Source of the DNA: a virus
Taxonomy: Duplodnaviria > Caudoviricetes
IMG/VR virus record: IMGVR_UViG_2836862175_000007
Span: 13,538 to 77,537 of that record
Direction: 5' to 3' (one strand)
DNA: 64,000 bases
The translations under genes and the position numbers were made by a program. Shown piece by piece: positions 29,876 to 40,239 of the stretch (its first letter is position 1; each line of letters starts with the position of its first letter). Below the pieces are notes generated by a model that saw nothing but the letters and a program-made list of their open reading frames with translations, ran no database searches and was not told the origin of the DNA.

Positions 29876-30105
29876 ATTCGGAATGTGGAGTTCGGAATGC
29901 GGAACGTTCCCAATTCGGAACGCGGAATTCGGAATTCGGAATAGAACCAACCAACCAACAAACAAACAAACAAAATACAAGACAACGAGCAAGCGGGACG
30001 CAATTCGGTGCGGAACAGCCGCAATGCGGAACATCGAACAGGTGCCTGGGCGATATTGTTCTTGTTGTCTTCAATTCCGCATTCCGAATTCCGCACTCCG
30101 CATTT
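29876..30105. repeat. inverted heptamer tandem arrays (CGGAAT(G/T))n / (TTCCGCA)n around an AAAC tract
   Basis: Directly visible; two arms could pair. Confidence 0.75.
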
Positions 30106-30107
30106 CC

Positions 30108-30821
30108 TCAGCGCGCCTGCCAGCAGCCGGCGTAATCGACGTTGGTGGTTTCGAGGTTGGCGCCGCCGTTCTTGGCGCCCACGAACAGGCTCGCGGGGGC
30201 GAGGCCGGTGAGCAGGAGCTGGTGCCGGATCGGCTGGCCGGTGACGGCGTCGCGCATGAGCCGGCCGTCCACGGTGGGGACGCAGGTGGCGTAGCTGCCG
30301 AAGGCGTCGAGGACCTCGATCCCGAGCTGCTGGTAGCCGGCCCCGCCGGCGCTCTCCTGGCTCTGGCTCACGGTCACGTCCGAGCCGTTGCGGGTGACGA
30401 ACCGCCACGCCGTGTCGCCGTCCACCTTGTAGATGGCAACGACCGTCCCGCTGGCGCGGAGCCCGGCGCCGTCGTCCAGGATCAGGTTCGCCCCCACCGA
30501 CGACGCGAGCCCGAACGCCACGTTGGCGTCGTCGGTTGCGGCCTCGGTGAACTGGATCAGGGCTTCGGCGTATAGCGGCTTGTTGGCGGCGGGCTTGAAC
30601 AGGGCGATGGTGGTAGCGAGGTACGATTCGTCGTTGTCGGCCACGCTCCCGTCGGAGCTGGTGAGGGTGGCGATCCCGCCGACGCCGGCGGCCACGACGG
30701 TGCCGGAGTCGGTGAGGGTGGCGGTCCACAGGTGCGGGCTGATGTACCACGGGAAGTCGTCGTAGACCCCGTGCAGGTCTTTGGCTTCGCGCAGGGCTTG
30801 CGGCATGCGGACGATGTTCAC
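30108..30821 (-). CDS. putative head decoration/structural protein
   Basis: Between protease and capsid; YDDF..W beta-rich. Confidence 0.6.
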   Translation of the reverse strand: MNIVRMPQALREAKDLHGVYDDFPWYISPHLWTATLTDSGTVVAAGVGGIATLTSSDGSVADNDESYLATTIALFKPAANKPLYAEALIQFTEAATDDANVAFGLASSVGANLILDDGAGLRASGTVVAIYKVDGDTAWRFVTRNGSDVTVSQSQESAGGAGYQQLGIEVLDAFGSYATCVPTVDGRLMRDAVTGQPIRHQLLLTGLAPASLFVGAKNGGANLETTNVDYAGCWQAR

Positions 30822-30883
30822 GTTCGGGCCTCGTTATGTTGGGGGGCGGTGTGCGGGTGCGGCCGTGCCGGTCCGAGGGGCGG

Positions 30884-32032
30884 TCACTCGATCCACTCGG
30901 CGAACGCCTTCGGGTCGGCGGGCGGCTTCGATTCGCTGGCCCGGGTGAGCGCCCCGAGGCGCCCGCGGCCGGCGCTGGTGGGCCGCTCGGGCGCGGGCGC
31001 GGCGGCCCACTGGAGCCGGGCGGCCAGTGCGGCGCGGCGGTCGCGCGGGGCGGCGGCGATCAGCTCCAGGTCCTCGCGCCCGGGGCGGTAGCCGAGCCGC
31101 TCGCACACGTCCAGCGCTTCCAGCACGGCCCCGGCCCGGCGCCGCGCGCTCTCCGGCTTCGGGGCGCCGTCGTCGGTGTCGGTGTCGTCGTCGAGCGGCT
31201 CGGTTTCGGGCGCGTCGGCGTCGGTGTCGGTGTCGTCAGTGGTGATGTCGGCGTGCGCGCGGAGCATCTTCTTGAGCTTGGCGAGGCACTTGCCGAGCGC
31301 CTTCGGGTCGCCCTTGGCGGCCATGCACGCCTTGAGTTCGTCGGTGGCCGCGGCGAGGAACGCGGCGTCGAGCGGGGCGGCGGCGCCGGCGTCGGGCGGC
31401 GGGGGCGCGTCGGCGGCCGGCATGTCGGTGCCGTCGGTGCCGTCCGGGCCGTCGATCTCGGCGAGCCGGCGGGCGGCGGTGAGTTGGCGGCGGGTGGACG
31501 CCGGGTGCGCGGCGAGCCACTCGACCAGTCGGGCGCGGGTGAACGGCACGGGTGCTCCTTCGAACAGGCCTTTGGTGGTAGCGGGTTGTGCGACGAGGTC
31601 GATGGACTCGACGGCCCGGATGGCTTCGACGACCTCGCGCCCGTCGGGTCCGGGCCGGGTGTCGCAGAGCGCGACGTGGCTGAACCCGTACAGCGCGGGG
31701 TTGCGCTCGGCGGCCTCCATGACGCGCTCGTACATGGGGTGCGAGCGGAGCAGGTTGAGGGTGCCGCGGGGCCGCCCGTCGGGTCCGGGGCGGACGTTGG
31801 TGAACCACCCGAGCCGCCGCTCCACGGTGCTCTCGCGGCCGTGGTCGCAGTTGACCGGCCGGCCCTCGTAGCGGGCGCAGTCGCGGCGCAGCACGGCGAC
31901 GGGGTAGTCGCGCCCGTTGGCGCTGGCGGTGCCGCAGATGAGCACGCCGTCGATGGTGCCCGACTCGCGGTTCGGGCGGGCGCCGCGGAACGGAGCGCGG
32001 ACGTGTTCGGTGATGCGCCGGGGTGTGGTCAT
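30884..32032 (-). CDS. prohead protease/scaffold
   Basis: SANGRDYP, VNCDH, GFSH, SIDLVAQPATTKGLFE; acidic scaffold tail. Confidence 0.85.
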   Translation of the reverse strand: MTTPRRITEHVRAPFRGARPNRESGTIDGVLICGTASANGRDYPVAVLRRDCARYEGRPVNCDHGRESTVERRLGWFTNVRPGPDGRPRGTLNLLRSHPMYERVMEAAERNPALYGFSHVALCDTRPGPDGREVVEAIRAVESIDLVAQPATTKGLFEGAPVPFTRARLVEWLAAHPASTRRQLTAARRLAEIDGPDGTDGTDMPAADAPPPPDAGAAAPLDAAFLAAATDELKACMAAKGDPKALGKCLAKLKKMLRAHADITTDDTDTDADAPETEPLDDDTDTDDGAPKPESARRRAGAVLEALDVCERLGYRPGREDLELIAAAPRDRRAALAARLQWAAAPAPERPTSAGRGRLGALTRASESKPPADPKAFAEWIE

Positions 32033-32063
32033 GCCCGGCCGATGGCAGCGGGCGGAAAATGCA

Positions 32064-32548
32064 GACCTAACCCCCCAGCCCCCTTCCCTGAAGGGAAGGG
32101 GGTGGCGCCGGGAGGAGTGATCCCGGGGCGGTAGGGGCGCGCGGGGCGACCCACCCCCCAGCCCCCTCCCTGAAGGGAGGGGGAGGAAAGGCAACCTAAC
32201 CCCCCGGCCCCCTTCCCTAAAGGGAAGGGGGTGGCGCCGGGAGGAGTGATCCCGGGGCGGTAGGGGCGCGCGGGGCGACCCACCCCCCAGCCCCCTCCCT
32301 GAAGGGAGGGGGAGGATGGTTGATCCGCGAAGCGAACGTGATTCGCGATGCGGAACCGAAGTGCCTTCCTCCCCTCCCTTCAGGGAGGGGCTGGGGGTGG
32401 GTTGTCTTCGGTTTTGCTCCCCTCCCTTCAGGGAGGGGCTGGGGGTAGGTTGCCTTCCTCCCCTCCCTTCAGGGAGGGGTTGGGGGTGGGTTGTCTTCGG
32501 TTTTGCTCCCCCTTCCCTTTAGGGAAGGGGGCCGGGGGGTTAGGTCTT
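32064..32548. repeat. cluster of CCCTCCCTGAAGGGAGGG palindromes (left inverted repeat)
   Basis: Many hairpins; ~32195-32445 is the reverse complement of ~37775-38031. Confidence 0.9.
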
Positions 32549-32656
32549 CGCGCCGGGGCATTCCGGCGAAATCGCGCGAGAGTCGCACGCGCCCGCGGGA
32601 CGGCCCGTACAGTAGTGTGGACCCGTCTACTGACGACGTTGCGCAACGGAGAACGC

Positions 32657-34840
32657 ATGTCCTCGGCCATGAGCACGGTCGATCTGGTCACCTGCGAGAG
32701 CGAGCCGATCCACATCCCCGGGCGGGTCCAGCCGCACGGGGCGCTACTGGCCGTTTCCGAACCCGACGGGGTCGTGGTTCAGGCCAGCGCGAACTGCGCC
32801 GACCTCCTCGGGCTGCCGGAACTGCCGCTCGGGCGCCCACTCGCCGACGTGCTGGGCCGCGACCTCACCGCCGCGCTCGCCGCGCCCGACCCGCGCCCCC
32901 TCGCCCCGCTCCCGGTGAGCGTCGGCGGGCGCGCGTTCGATGTCATCGCGCACCGGCACGCCGGCCGCCTCATCGTGGAACTCGAGCCCGCCGGGGGCGC
33001 GACCACGGACCCCGACCGGCTCGTGCGGTTCACCCTCGCGAACCTGCGCAACGGCCTTCACCTGCAACCCTTCTGCGAGGTGGTCGCGCGTGAGGTGCGG
33101 GCGCTCACCGGGTACGACCGGGTCATGGTGTACCGGTTCGACCCGGACTGGAACGGCGAGGTGTACGCCGAGGTCAAGCGCGAGGACCTGGAGCCGTTCC
33201 TCGGGCTGCACTACCCGGCGTCGGACATCCCCGCCCAGGCGCGCCGGCTGTACCACCTGAACCTCGTGCGACACCTCCCGGACATCACCTATGCGTCCTC
33301 CGCCCTCGTGCCGGAGCTGGACCCGGGCACCGGCGCCCCGCTGGACCTGAGCCACGCGGTGCTGCGGAGCGTGTCCCCGATCCACGTCGAGTACCTCAAG
33401 AACATGGACGTGGCCGGGACGCTCACCATCTCCCTCTTGAAGGACGGGCGGCTGTGGGGGCTGGTCGCGTGCCACCACTACGCCCCCCTGTTCCTGCCGT
33501 ACCGGGTGCGGGCCGCGTGCGAGTCGCTCGGGGTGCTCGTGTCCCTCCAACTGTCCGCCAAGCAGGACGCCGAGGACCTGCGGTGCCGGGCGGCGGCCCA
33601 GGAGCGGCTCGGCCGGCTGGCCGCAGCACTCGTCGGCGACGACCCGGTCGCGGTGCTGGCCGAGCGACCCGACGAGCTGATCGGGCTGACGCGCGCCGCC
33701 GGCGCGGCCGTCGTGTCCGGCGGGCGGGTGACCCTCGCCGGCGCGACCCCGGGCGCGGAGCAGGCCGCCCGGGTGGCGCAGTGGCTGCGGGACGGCAACC
33801 GCGGCGAGTACGACACGCACGCGCTGCCCGCCGCCGTGCCCGGCACCGACCCGGCGACCGCCAGCGGGCTCCTCGCCGTCCCGCTGGGCGGCGGCGACTA
33901 CCTGCTGTGGTTCCGCCCGGAGCTGATCGCCTCCGTGCGCTGGGCCGGCGACCCGCACTACAAGCGGGTGGTGACCGGCCCGAACGGCCCGCGGCTCTCG
34001 CCGCGCGGGTCGTTCACGCTGTGGCGCGAGGAGCAGCGCGGGAAGTCCGAGCCGTGGGGCGCGTGCGACCGGGACGCGGCCCACACGCTCCACGAGATGG
34101 TGCTCACCGCGCTCGCCCGGCGCGGGGCCGGGCTGGAGGCCGAGGCCCGGCGCCGCGACGACTTCCTCGCCGCCGTGGCCCACGAGTTGCGGAACCCGAT
34201 CGCCCCGATCCAGAACGCCGCGCAGCTCGTTCGCATGAGCGCCGGGGGGAACGCGGTCGCCGCCCGGGCGGCCGACATGATCGAGCGGCAGACGGGCGCC
34301 CTGCGGCGCATCGTGGAGGACCTGCTCGACGCCAGCCGCGCCGGCCAGGGCAAGCTCCGGGTCGATCTCGTCCCGCTCGACCTCGCCCCGCTCGTGCGGG
34401 CCGCGGTGGAGGACGCCCGCGCGGCGCTGGAGGCGAACGGGATCGCGCTCGCGGCCCGCACCCCGGCGGCCCCGGTGCGGGTGCGGGGCGACGCGGTCCG
34501 GCTGCGCCAGGTGATCAGCAACCTGCTCACCAACGCCGGGAAGTTCACCGACCGGGGCGGCCGGGTCACCGTCGCGCTCGGCGCCGACGCCACCGCCGCG
34601 TCCCTGTCCGTCGCCGACACCGGCATCGGGATCGCCGCGGCGGACCTGCGGCGCGTGTTCCAGGCGTTCGCCCAGTCCGAGGGGTCGCTCGAGCGCAGCC
34701 GCGAGGGGCTCGGGCTCGGGCTGGCGCTCGTGCGGTCGATCGCCGAGTTGCACGGCGGCAGCGCCTCCGCGGCCAGCGACGGCCCCGGGCACGGCACCAC
34801 GTTCACGGTCCGGCTCCCGCTCGACACCTCGGCCCCGTGA
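32657..34840 (+). CDS. bphP: bacteriophytochrome histidine kinase (PAS-GAF-PHY-HisKA-HATPase)
   Basis: N-terminal Cys in TCESEPIHIPG, GYDRVMVYRF, PASDIP, SPIH, PRGSF, HELRNP, N/G boxes. Confidence 0.95.
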   Translation: MSSAMSTVDLVTCESEPIHIPGRVQPHGALLAVSEPDGVVVQASANCADLLGLPELPLGRPLADVLGRDLTAALAAPDPRPLAPLPVSVGGRAFDVIAHRHAGRLIVELEPAGGATTDPDRLVRFTLANLRNGLHLQPFCEVVAREVRALTGYDRVMVYRFDPDWNGEVYAEVKREDLEPFLGLHYPASDIPAQARRLYHLNLVRHLPDITYASSALVPELDPGTGAPLDLSHAVLRSVSPIHVEYLKNMDVAGTLTISLLKDGRLWGLVACHHYAPLFLPYRVRAACESLGVLVSLQLSAKQDAEDLRCRAAAQERLGRLAAALVGDDPVAVLAERPDELIGLTRAAGAAVVSGGRVTLAGATPGAEQAARVAQWLRDGNRGEYDTHALPAAVPGTDPATASGLLAVPLGGGDYLLWFRPELIASVRWAGDPHYKRVVTGPNGPRLSPRGSFTLWREEQRGKSEPWGACDRDAAHTLHEMVLTALARRGAGLEAEARRRDDFLAAVAHELRNPIAPIQNAAQLVRMSAGGNAVAARAADMIERQTGALRRIVEDLLDASRAGQGKLRVDLVPLDLAPLVRAAVEDARAALEANGIALAARTPAAPVRVRGDAVRLRQVISNLLTNAGKFTDRGGRVTVALGADATAASLSVADTGIGIAAADLRRVFQAFAQSEGSLERSREGLGLGLALVRSIAELHGGSASAASDGPGHGTTFTVRLPLDTSAP

Positions 34841-34943
34841 GGCCGCGGGGCGAAAATCGGCACCACGTCCTTGCGTCCGCCGGCGCCGCGCGGTACTGGT
34901 CGAAGCGTGCCGGGCGCCGCCCGGTCCGTCCGGAGTCGCCCCC

Positions 34944-35291
34944 ATGTGGTACGCCCTCGCGATCGTCGCCGCTCTGGTCGGGTACTGGTCGGCGCGCTAC
35001 TGGCTCGCGTTCCGCCGGGTGCGGGCACTCCAAGCGGGGCTCGACAAACTCGGCGACCCGCTCGGCCGCACCCGGGCCGAAGTCGCGGCGGCGCTGGGGC
35101 CGCCCACCCGCGTACCGGAGCCCACCGCCGACGAGGAGCTGATGATCTGGGTCGAGAAGGGGCGGTTCTCCCTGCTCGACGCCTACACCGTCTCCGCCCA
35201 CGTGGAGGCCCGGATGCGCTTCCGGGACGGCGTGTGCGTCGCGCTCAACGACCACGACGAGCCCGAGCCCGGCCCCGACCGCCGGATCTGA
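34944..35291 (+). CDS. membrane-anchored SmpA-like protein
   Basis: N-terminal TM; GRTRAEVAAALGPP. Confidence 0.65.
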   Translation: MWYALAIVAALVGYWSARYWLAFRRVRALQAGLDKLGDPLGRTRAEVAAALGPPTRVPEPTADEELMIWVEKGRFSLLDAYTVSAHVEARMRFRDGVCVALNDHDEPEPGPDRRI

Positions 35292-35354
35292 CCCGCGCGG
35301 GACGCCTCGAAGTCCCGATGCCCGGCACACCGTTCGCCCCCCGGAGATGACCGT

Positions 35355-35777
35355 ATGCGGTACTTGGCTGTTGCGGCGGCCCTGCTCGTGACCGTCCCGC
35401 GCCTCGGCGCGGACGAGCCGACGGCCGCCCGCGTTCTGGAGAAGGTGAAGACGACGTACCCCGCGAAGTCGGTCGCCGAGGGCGCGCGGCTGCTCGGCGG
35501 CGTCCTCGAATCCTGCCACGCCGTCGGCGCCGGCACCGCCGCCGAGCTGGCGGCCGCGCGGAAGGGCGACCACGTCCGGTTCCTGTTCCCGAAGCCGCTC
35601 CGGGTCGAGGTCGGGGGCCGGACCCTGGAGGCGTCGGAAGTGGTCTACGCGGACGGGGTGCTCTGGCTCGCCTGCGGCCCGCGCGTCGTCCGCTGCACCA
35701 AGTACACGCACCTCCAAATGGAACCGTTCCGGAAGTGGTACGAGCAGACGCTGCCGGCCGACCCGCCGCGCCCGTGA
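35355..35777 (+). CDS. exported hypothetical protein
   Basis: Signal peptide; GGAG upstream. Confidence 0.65.
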   Translation: MRYLAVAAALLVTVPRLGADEPTAARVLEKVKTTYPAKSVAEGARLLGGVLESCHAVGAGTAAELAAARKGDHVRFLFPKPLRVEVGGRTLEASEVVYADGVLWLACGPRVVRCTKYTHLQMEPFRKWYEQTLPADPPRP

Positions 35778-35799
35778 GCCCCGCCGCCGGAGCCCCGAC

Positions 35800-36210
35800 A
35801 TGGCACTGGTCCTGATCCCCGCCGTCTTCGTGCTCCTCGCCTGGGCCAACACCGCGGCCGTGCGCGCGCTCCGGGCTCGGCGCGCCCCCGGCGGCTGGTG
35901 GGCCGCCCTAGCGGTGCTCTGGCTGGCCGGGGCCGCGGCCGGCGCGTGGGGCGGGTTCTTCGCGAAGTACCAGGCGTCGCCCACGCTCCGGGTGTACGGT
36001 CTGCCGCTGCCGATCGGGGCCGCAATCCTGGTGGGGCCGCCGGGACGGGAGCAGTGGGTGGGGTACGCCTCACCCGCCGGGGTTCTGCTCGCCGCCGCGA
36101 ACGTGCCGCTCGTCGCGCTGCTGGCCGGGAGCGCCGTCGGCCCGGTGTTCTGGTTGCGGCACAGGAGCCGCTTCCGAACCGCGGGCGGGCACGGAGGGCA
36201 CAGCGGATGA
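35800..36210 (+). CDS. membrane protein
   Basis: Three hydrophobic segments; YGLPLP motif. Confidence 0.65.
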   Translation: MALVLIPAVFVLLAWANTAAVRALRARRAPGGWWAALAVLWLAGAAAGAWGGFFAKYQASPTLRVYGLPLPIGAAILVGPPGREQWVGYASPAGVLLAAANVPLVALLAGSAVGPVFWLRHRSRFRTAGGHGGHSG

Positions 36211-36593
36211 AACCCACATCGCGAAGGCAGTCGGCCGCGGCGGTCGGCGTGCTGGTCGTCGGGCTCGCGGCCGTCCTGATTTCCTTTCGCGCCCCGGCCC
36301 CCGCCGCCCCGCGGGTCGAGCAAATGGAGCGGGTCGTACCGGGACTGACCGAGGCCGAAGTCGTCGCGCTGCTCGGGGCGCCCCCGGGCGACTATTGCAG
36401 CGACCCGGGCCGCTTCACCGTCGACCACCGCAGCCTCCCCCAGGTGCCCATCGACCTCGAGCGCGGCCCGCACCGCACCGTGTTCTGGCGGAGCGACGAG
36501 GCCCGGCTCGAGGTGCGGTTCGGGGCCGACGGCCGGGTCGTATACCGCCGCGTCTGCGAGTCGGTCGATCAGCGGCCCCGCGCCCGCCGGTAA
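36207..36593 (+). CDS. SmpA/BamE-like exported protein
   Basis: ATGA overlap; GLTEAEVVALLGAPPGDY; V.F..DGRV. Confidence 0.7.
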   Translation: MKPTSRRQSAAAVGVLVVGLAAVLISFRAPAPAAPRVEQMERVVPGLTEAEVVALLGAPPGDYCSDPGRFTVDHRSLPQVPIDLERGPHRTVFWRSDEARLEVRFGADGRVVYRRVCESVDQRPRARR

Positions 36594-36606
36594 CCGCCCC
36601 CGCCCG

Positions 36607-37062
36607 CTACTGCGCCGCTTGCGCGCGTTCGGACTGCTTCTGCCGCACCGCCCACGAGTGCCACAGCTTGTCCACCACCGTGACCAGTTGGTGCGGGTCC
36701 ACCGGCTTCACCAGGTGGAGGTCGAACCCGGCCGCCGCGATGCGCCGCCGGCTGTTGTCGTCGCTCATCGCCGTGAGCGCGACCAGCACCACCGGCCCGG
36801 CGTCCGGGTCCGGGCGCAGCCGCCGCGCCAGCTCGTCGCCGTCCATGCCCGGCATGTTCAGGTCCAGCAGGCACACCCCCGGGTGGAACGTTGCCGCCAG
36901 CGCCAGCGCCGTCGGACCGCTGTAACAGGCCCGCGCCTCGAACCCGACGGCGCACAGCAGCTCGACGGTCGTGTCGGCGGCGTCGTTGTTGTCGTCCACG
37001 CAGAGCACCCGCAGCGGCGGTTCCGATTCGGTCGTGCTCTCGCTCGGTGGTACAGGGCACAT
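36607..37062 (-). CDS. response regulator receiver
   Basis: VLCVDDN, LLDLNMPGMDG, ALTA, HLVKPVD. Confidence 0.92.
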   Translation of the reverse strand: MCPVPPSESTTESEPPLRVLCVDDNNDAADTTVELLCAVGFEARACYSGPTALALAATFHPGVCLLDLNMPGMDGDELARRLRPDPDAGPVVLVALTAMSDDNSRRRIAAAGFDLHLVKPVDPHQLVTVVDKLWHSWAVRQKQSERAQAAQ

Positions 37063-37632
37063 TGCGACACCTTCCGGTTGTGGATCGGAGGCTACGCGGG
37101 ATGCCGCACCGTCCGCCGCTATAAGCAAAAGCAACTCCCAGGCCGAGCCAAAACGGAATTTGTGTGGAGAGAACAAGTTACACGCTCCTTGCTCCCGCTT
37201 AATATTTGCCCGACACTCATGGCAGGCGCGAATCTTACGCCCCTACCTGCGAAACTGCTGCCCACCGGTGCGCCGGTCATTTCCCAACTACTTTTTCCCT
37301 GTGTGGTAGTTCTGGCAGCTCGAACCTCGTCTCTGCCCACACCGGAGGGATTCTGGCGCGTGATTGCCGTCCGGGAAGCGAAGCGGTCCGCACGGATCGC
37401 AATCGCTATAAGCACAAAAGCATCAAAGCGTTACGACACAGAACTCGACCATCACCGATAGCGCACCCGCTCGTCTCCTGCCGCATTGGGGGGGCTTTGG
37501 GGGCGTGATTCGTGGGTAGCGACCGCCCAGCACCCGACCAGCGAACCGGCAGTCGATCGGCAGCGAATGTCCCGTCGGTGCCCCATCGGAAGCCGACCGG
37601 CCCACCTGCTGTAACGGGGGTTACAGGAGGAA

Positions 37633-38033
37633 AGGCAACCTAACCCCCCGGCCCCCTTCTGAAGGGAGGGGGAGCAGAACCGAAGACAACCTACCCCCCG
37701 GCCCCCTTCCCTAAAGGGAAGGGGGTGGCGCCGAGAACGCTGGTCCCAGCGCGAGAGGCGCGCGCGGGGCAACCCACCCCCCAGCCCCCTCCCTGAAGGG
37801 AGGGGGAGCAAAACCGAAGACAACCCACCCCCAGCCCCTCACTGAAGGGAGGGGAGGAAGGCACTTCGGTTCCGCATCGCGAATCACGTTCGCTTCGCGG
37901 ATCAACCATCCTCCCCCTCCCTTCAGGGAGGGGGCTGGGGGTGGGTCGCCCCGCGCGCACCTCCCGCCCCGGGATCACTCCTCCCGGTGCCACCCCCTTC
38001 CCTTCAGGGAAGGGGGCCGGGGGGTTAGGTCTT
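37633..38033. repeat. palindrome cluster (right inverted repeat)
   Basis: Reverse complement of left cluster, including its unique core GGTTGATCCGCGAAGCGAACGTG. Confidence 0.9.
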
Positions 38034-38117
38034 CGCCTCCGCGCACCCGCACCGTCCCCCGAGCGACATGCGCCGCATACCGGCGGGCCAGAGGCCCGCG
38101 CTCCAGTACCACCGCCG

Positions 38118-38711
38118 CTAACCTTCGCCCCGCGCCGGCGCGAGGCGCGTCACCGTACGGGTGGCGCGGACCACACCGCCGCGCGTCGCCTCCGGCACCC
38201 AGAACGTCCCCACCGGCCCCGACCCGGTGTAACGGGGGTTACAGCACCAGAACACGTGCGTCCGCTTGTTGTGCGCCCCGGCCCGCATCGCCACCGGCGT
38301 AAACCCCAGCGCCGACCAGAACCCGCCCGCCTCCAGGTCCGCGGCGCACCACAGGGACACCTGCCCGACCGTCGCCGGCAACCGCTCCGCGAACGCCCGC
38401 ACCAGACCGGTGCCCAGGTGCCGGCGCCGCGCATCGAAGCTCACCGCCGCCTGATAGATCACGGCCACGTCCGCCCGCCGGTGGTAGCGCGGCGCGGCGT
38501 ACAGGTACCCGGCCGGCAAGCCGTTCTCCAGCGCCAGCAGCACCCGCCCGCGGTCGATGGCCTCGCCCAGCGCGGCACGTGACAGGAACCCGATGGCGTG
38601 GTGGTGCAACCGCTGGAGGTGGTCGAGGAACGTCCAGTCACCCGGCACCGCCGGGCGGACCGCCACGGGCGCAGGATCGGGAACCGGAGCCGGCGCAAGA
38701 AGGGTGCTCAT
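38118..38711 (-). CDS. GNAT N-acetyltransferase
   Basis: AVSFDARRRHLGTGLV (motif A); FWSALGF. Confidence 0.85.
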   Translation of the reverse strand: MSTLLAPAPVPDPAPVAVRPAVPGDWTFLDHLQRLHHHAIGFLSRAALGEAIDRGRVLLALENGLPAGYLYAAPRYHRRADVAVIYQAAVSFDARRRHLGTGLVRAFAERLPATVGQVSLWCAADLEAGGFWSALGFTPVAMRAGAHNKRTHVFWCCNPRYTGSGPVGTFWVPEATRGGVVRATRTVTRLAPARGEG

Positions 38712-38858
38712 CCCCGGCCGATGTCACCGGCCGGCCGGGGAGAAGTGCTTGTCAGAGTTGGCCGATATTGCGTTTCTTTTGCAGTTTCTTGAGCCTTGAG
38801 GATTGCTTAGCGGTTCGACTAGAGGATGAATTTGCATGCACCTCTGTCCCTTGTCACA

Positions 38859-39410
38859 TCATCCTCTCTTCAAGTCGGGGTGCGGCTCTGGTTCATGCGA
38901 CTTCGGCGGATCATTGCGGATGGAGCACTGCTCGTTCGGACGAATCATCACTTCGCACGCTTCGAGCAGAGTTGCTCGCCATTCAAGGTGAAGATCCTCC
39001 GGCAGCACGCTCTCCTTCGAATCAAGGTGTCTCTCACCGTCGAAGGCTCTCACCTCGCTGTGCGGATAGTCATAGTCCAGTGGTACATGAACCACGCGAT
39101 AGGTAAATAACGGGCCACCATCCGGCTGACACATGGGTGGTACCAACCGGACTCGCACGCCGATCACCCCCCAGTTCTTCCGAGGGATGTTGGCATGCAT
39201 ATCAAGCCTCAACCACTCCGGGTGGCCGAGAGAACTGCGAGCCATCGAAATGTCAGGAAGGTTCATCGCATCGACGGTAAGCGGAGCGTCCACCGCCGGC
39301 CAGATTCTGGTCGGAACGCGCCGGTAGAGGTACTCATCGTCGTGGAATTCATCAATAACGGGACGGCCGGCTCGTTTCATCAATTCGGGCTGTGGCGGCA
39401 TCTTGCTCAT
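38859..39410 (-). CDS. putative ADP-ribosyltransferase-like protein
   Basis: EYLYRRV..DISMARS..PHSEV pattern; low GC. Confidence 0.5.
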   Translation of the reverse strand: MSKMPPQPELMKRAGRPVIDEFHDDEYLYRRVPTRIWPAVDAPLTVDAMNLPDISMARSSLGHPEWLRLDMHANIPRKNWGVIGVRVRLVPPMCQPDGGPLFTYRVVHVPLDYDYPHSEVRAFDGERHLDSKESVLPEDLHLEWRATLLEACEVMIRPNEQCSIRNDPPKSHEPEPHPDLKRG

Positions 39411-40239
39411 ACAAGTGCGTCTCGGTCTGGTGCATCACGGCCCGGAAGCCATCCGCGTCCTGGATGACCTTCTCGACGCGAGGCTTACCCGCGCCCATAA
39501 AAGCGGCGTGTGCGTTTCCGGTATTCCGAAACTCAATATACACTGACCGCTTGCCGTCGCGAAAGGTGAAGCCCACTCCGCCCACCGCCGAGGGATTTAG
39601 CGCGTCAGGTTCCTTGAAGTTCGTCCTGAGAAATGCCACGAAGGCGCGAGCGTTACCGATCGATTGTTGGCTCGGTGGCTCAGCGCCGTAGCTGTCCCAG
39701 TCACGCTCAAAGGTTTGGAGATCGTCCAGTCGTTTTTCCCATTTGTCCTTATGATCCACTGGACGAATAGCCAAATTATTAACGATCACCGACACCGGCA
39801 TCGGTCTAGCCGCGTTCGCTACCAGTTCGTCGTGTGCGTGCGCCACTGCAGTGGCGTATTTCACCACCTCGGCAAGGTATTTAACCGGCTCCCCTCTCGC
39901 CTCACGCGGCACCGGCTCCGATTTTAACAATACAACGGAAACCGTTGGCGCAGAGGGCCGCTTCTCAACCTTACGGGCACCGTAGTAGCCCTTCTCCTGA
40001 ACGCTCGGAATCAGTTCGAAGCCACCAGCGTCGTCGGCACCGTACCACACTACCTGCTGCACCCAGTTTTGGGAGCCGACACCACGTGAGTAGAGCGCAC
40101 AGTCTGACGTATGCACCCCGAGACGCGAACCAGAGCTGCTATGGCCTGCCGGCATGTGCGACAGCGTGGTGTAAACGGAGTTGAATCCGATAATACGGTT
40201 CGTCTGTGTGTCGTATTCGTTGGAGAGGGTGGTGTTCAT
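39352..40239 (-). CDS. hypothetical protein with DWDSYGAEPP motif
   Basis: Low GC; overlaps both neighbours. Confidence 0.65.
   Translation of the reverse strand: MNTTLSNEYDTQTNRIIGFNSVYTTLSHMPAGHSSSGSRLGVHTSDCALYSRGVGSQNWVQQVVWYGADDAGGFELIPSVQEKGYYGARKVEKRPSAPTVSVVLLKSEPVPREARGEPVKYLAEVVKYATAVAHAHDELVANAARPMPVSVIVNNLAIRPVDHKDKWEKRLDDLQTFERDWDSYGAEPPSQQSIGNARAFVAFLRTNFKEPDALNPSAVGGVGFTFRDGKRSVYIEFRNTGNAHAAFMGAGKPRVEKVIQDADGFRAVMHQTETHLYEQDAATARIDETSRPSRY

Noticed and set aside
28006-30750. Very long alternative ORFs (914, 794, 733, 711, 705 and 700 aa entries in the track)
   Set aside because: Arg/Gly/Pro-rich shadow frames of real genes in high-GC DNA
32348-32656. N-terminal extensions of bphP, capsid and prohead protease ORFs
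   Set aside because: They translate palindromic repeat DNA; the true starts are downstream
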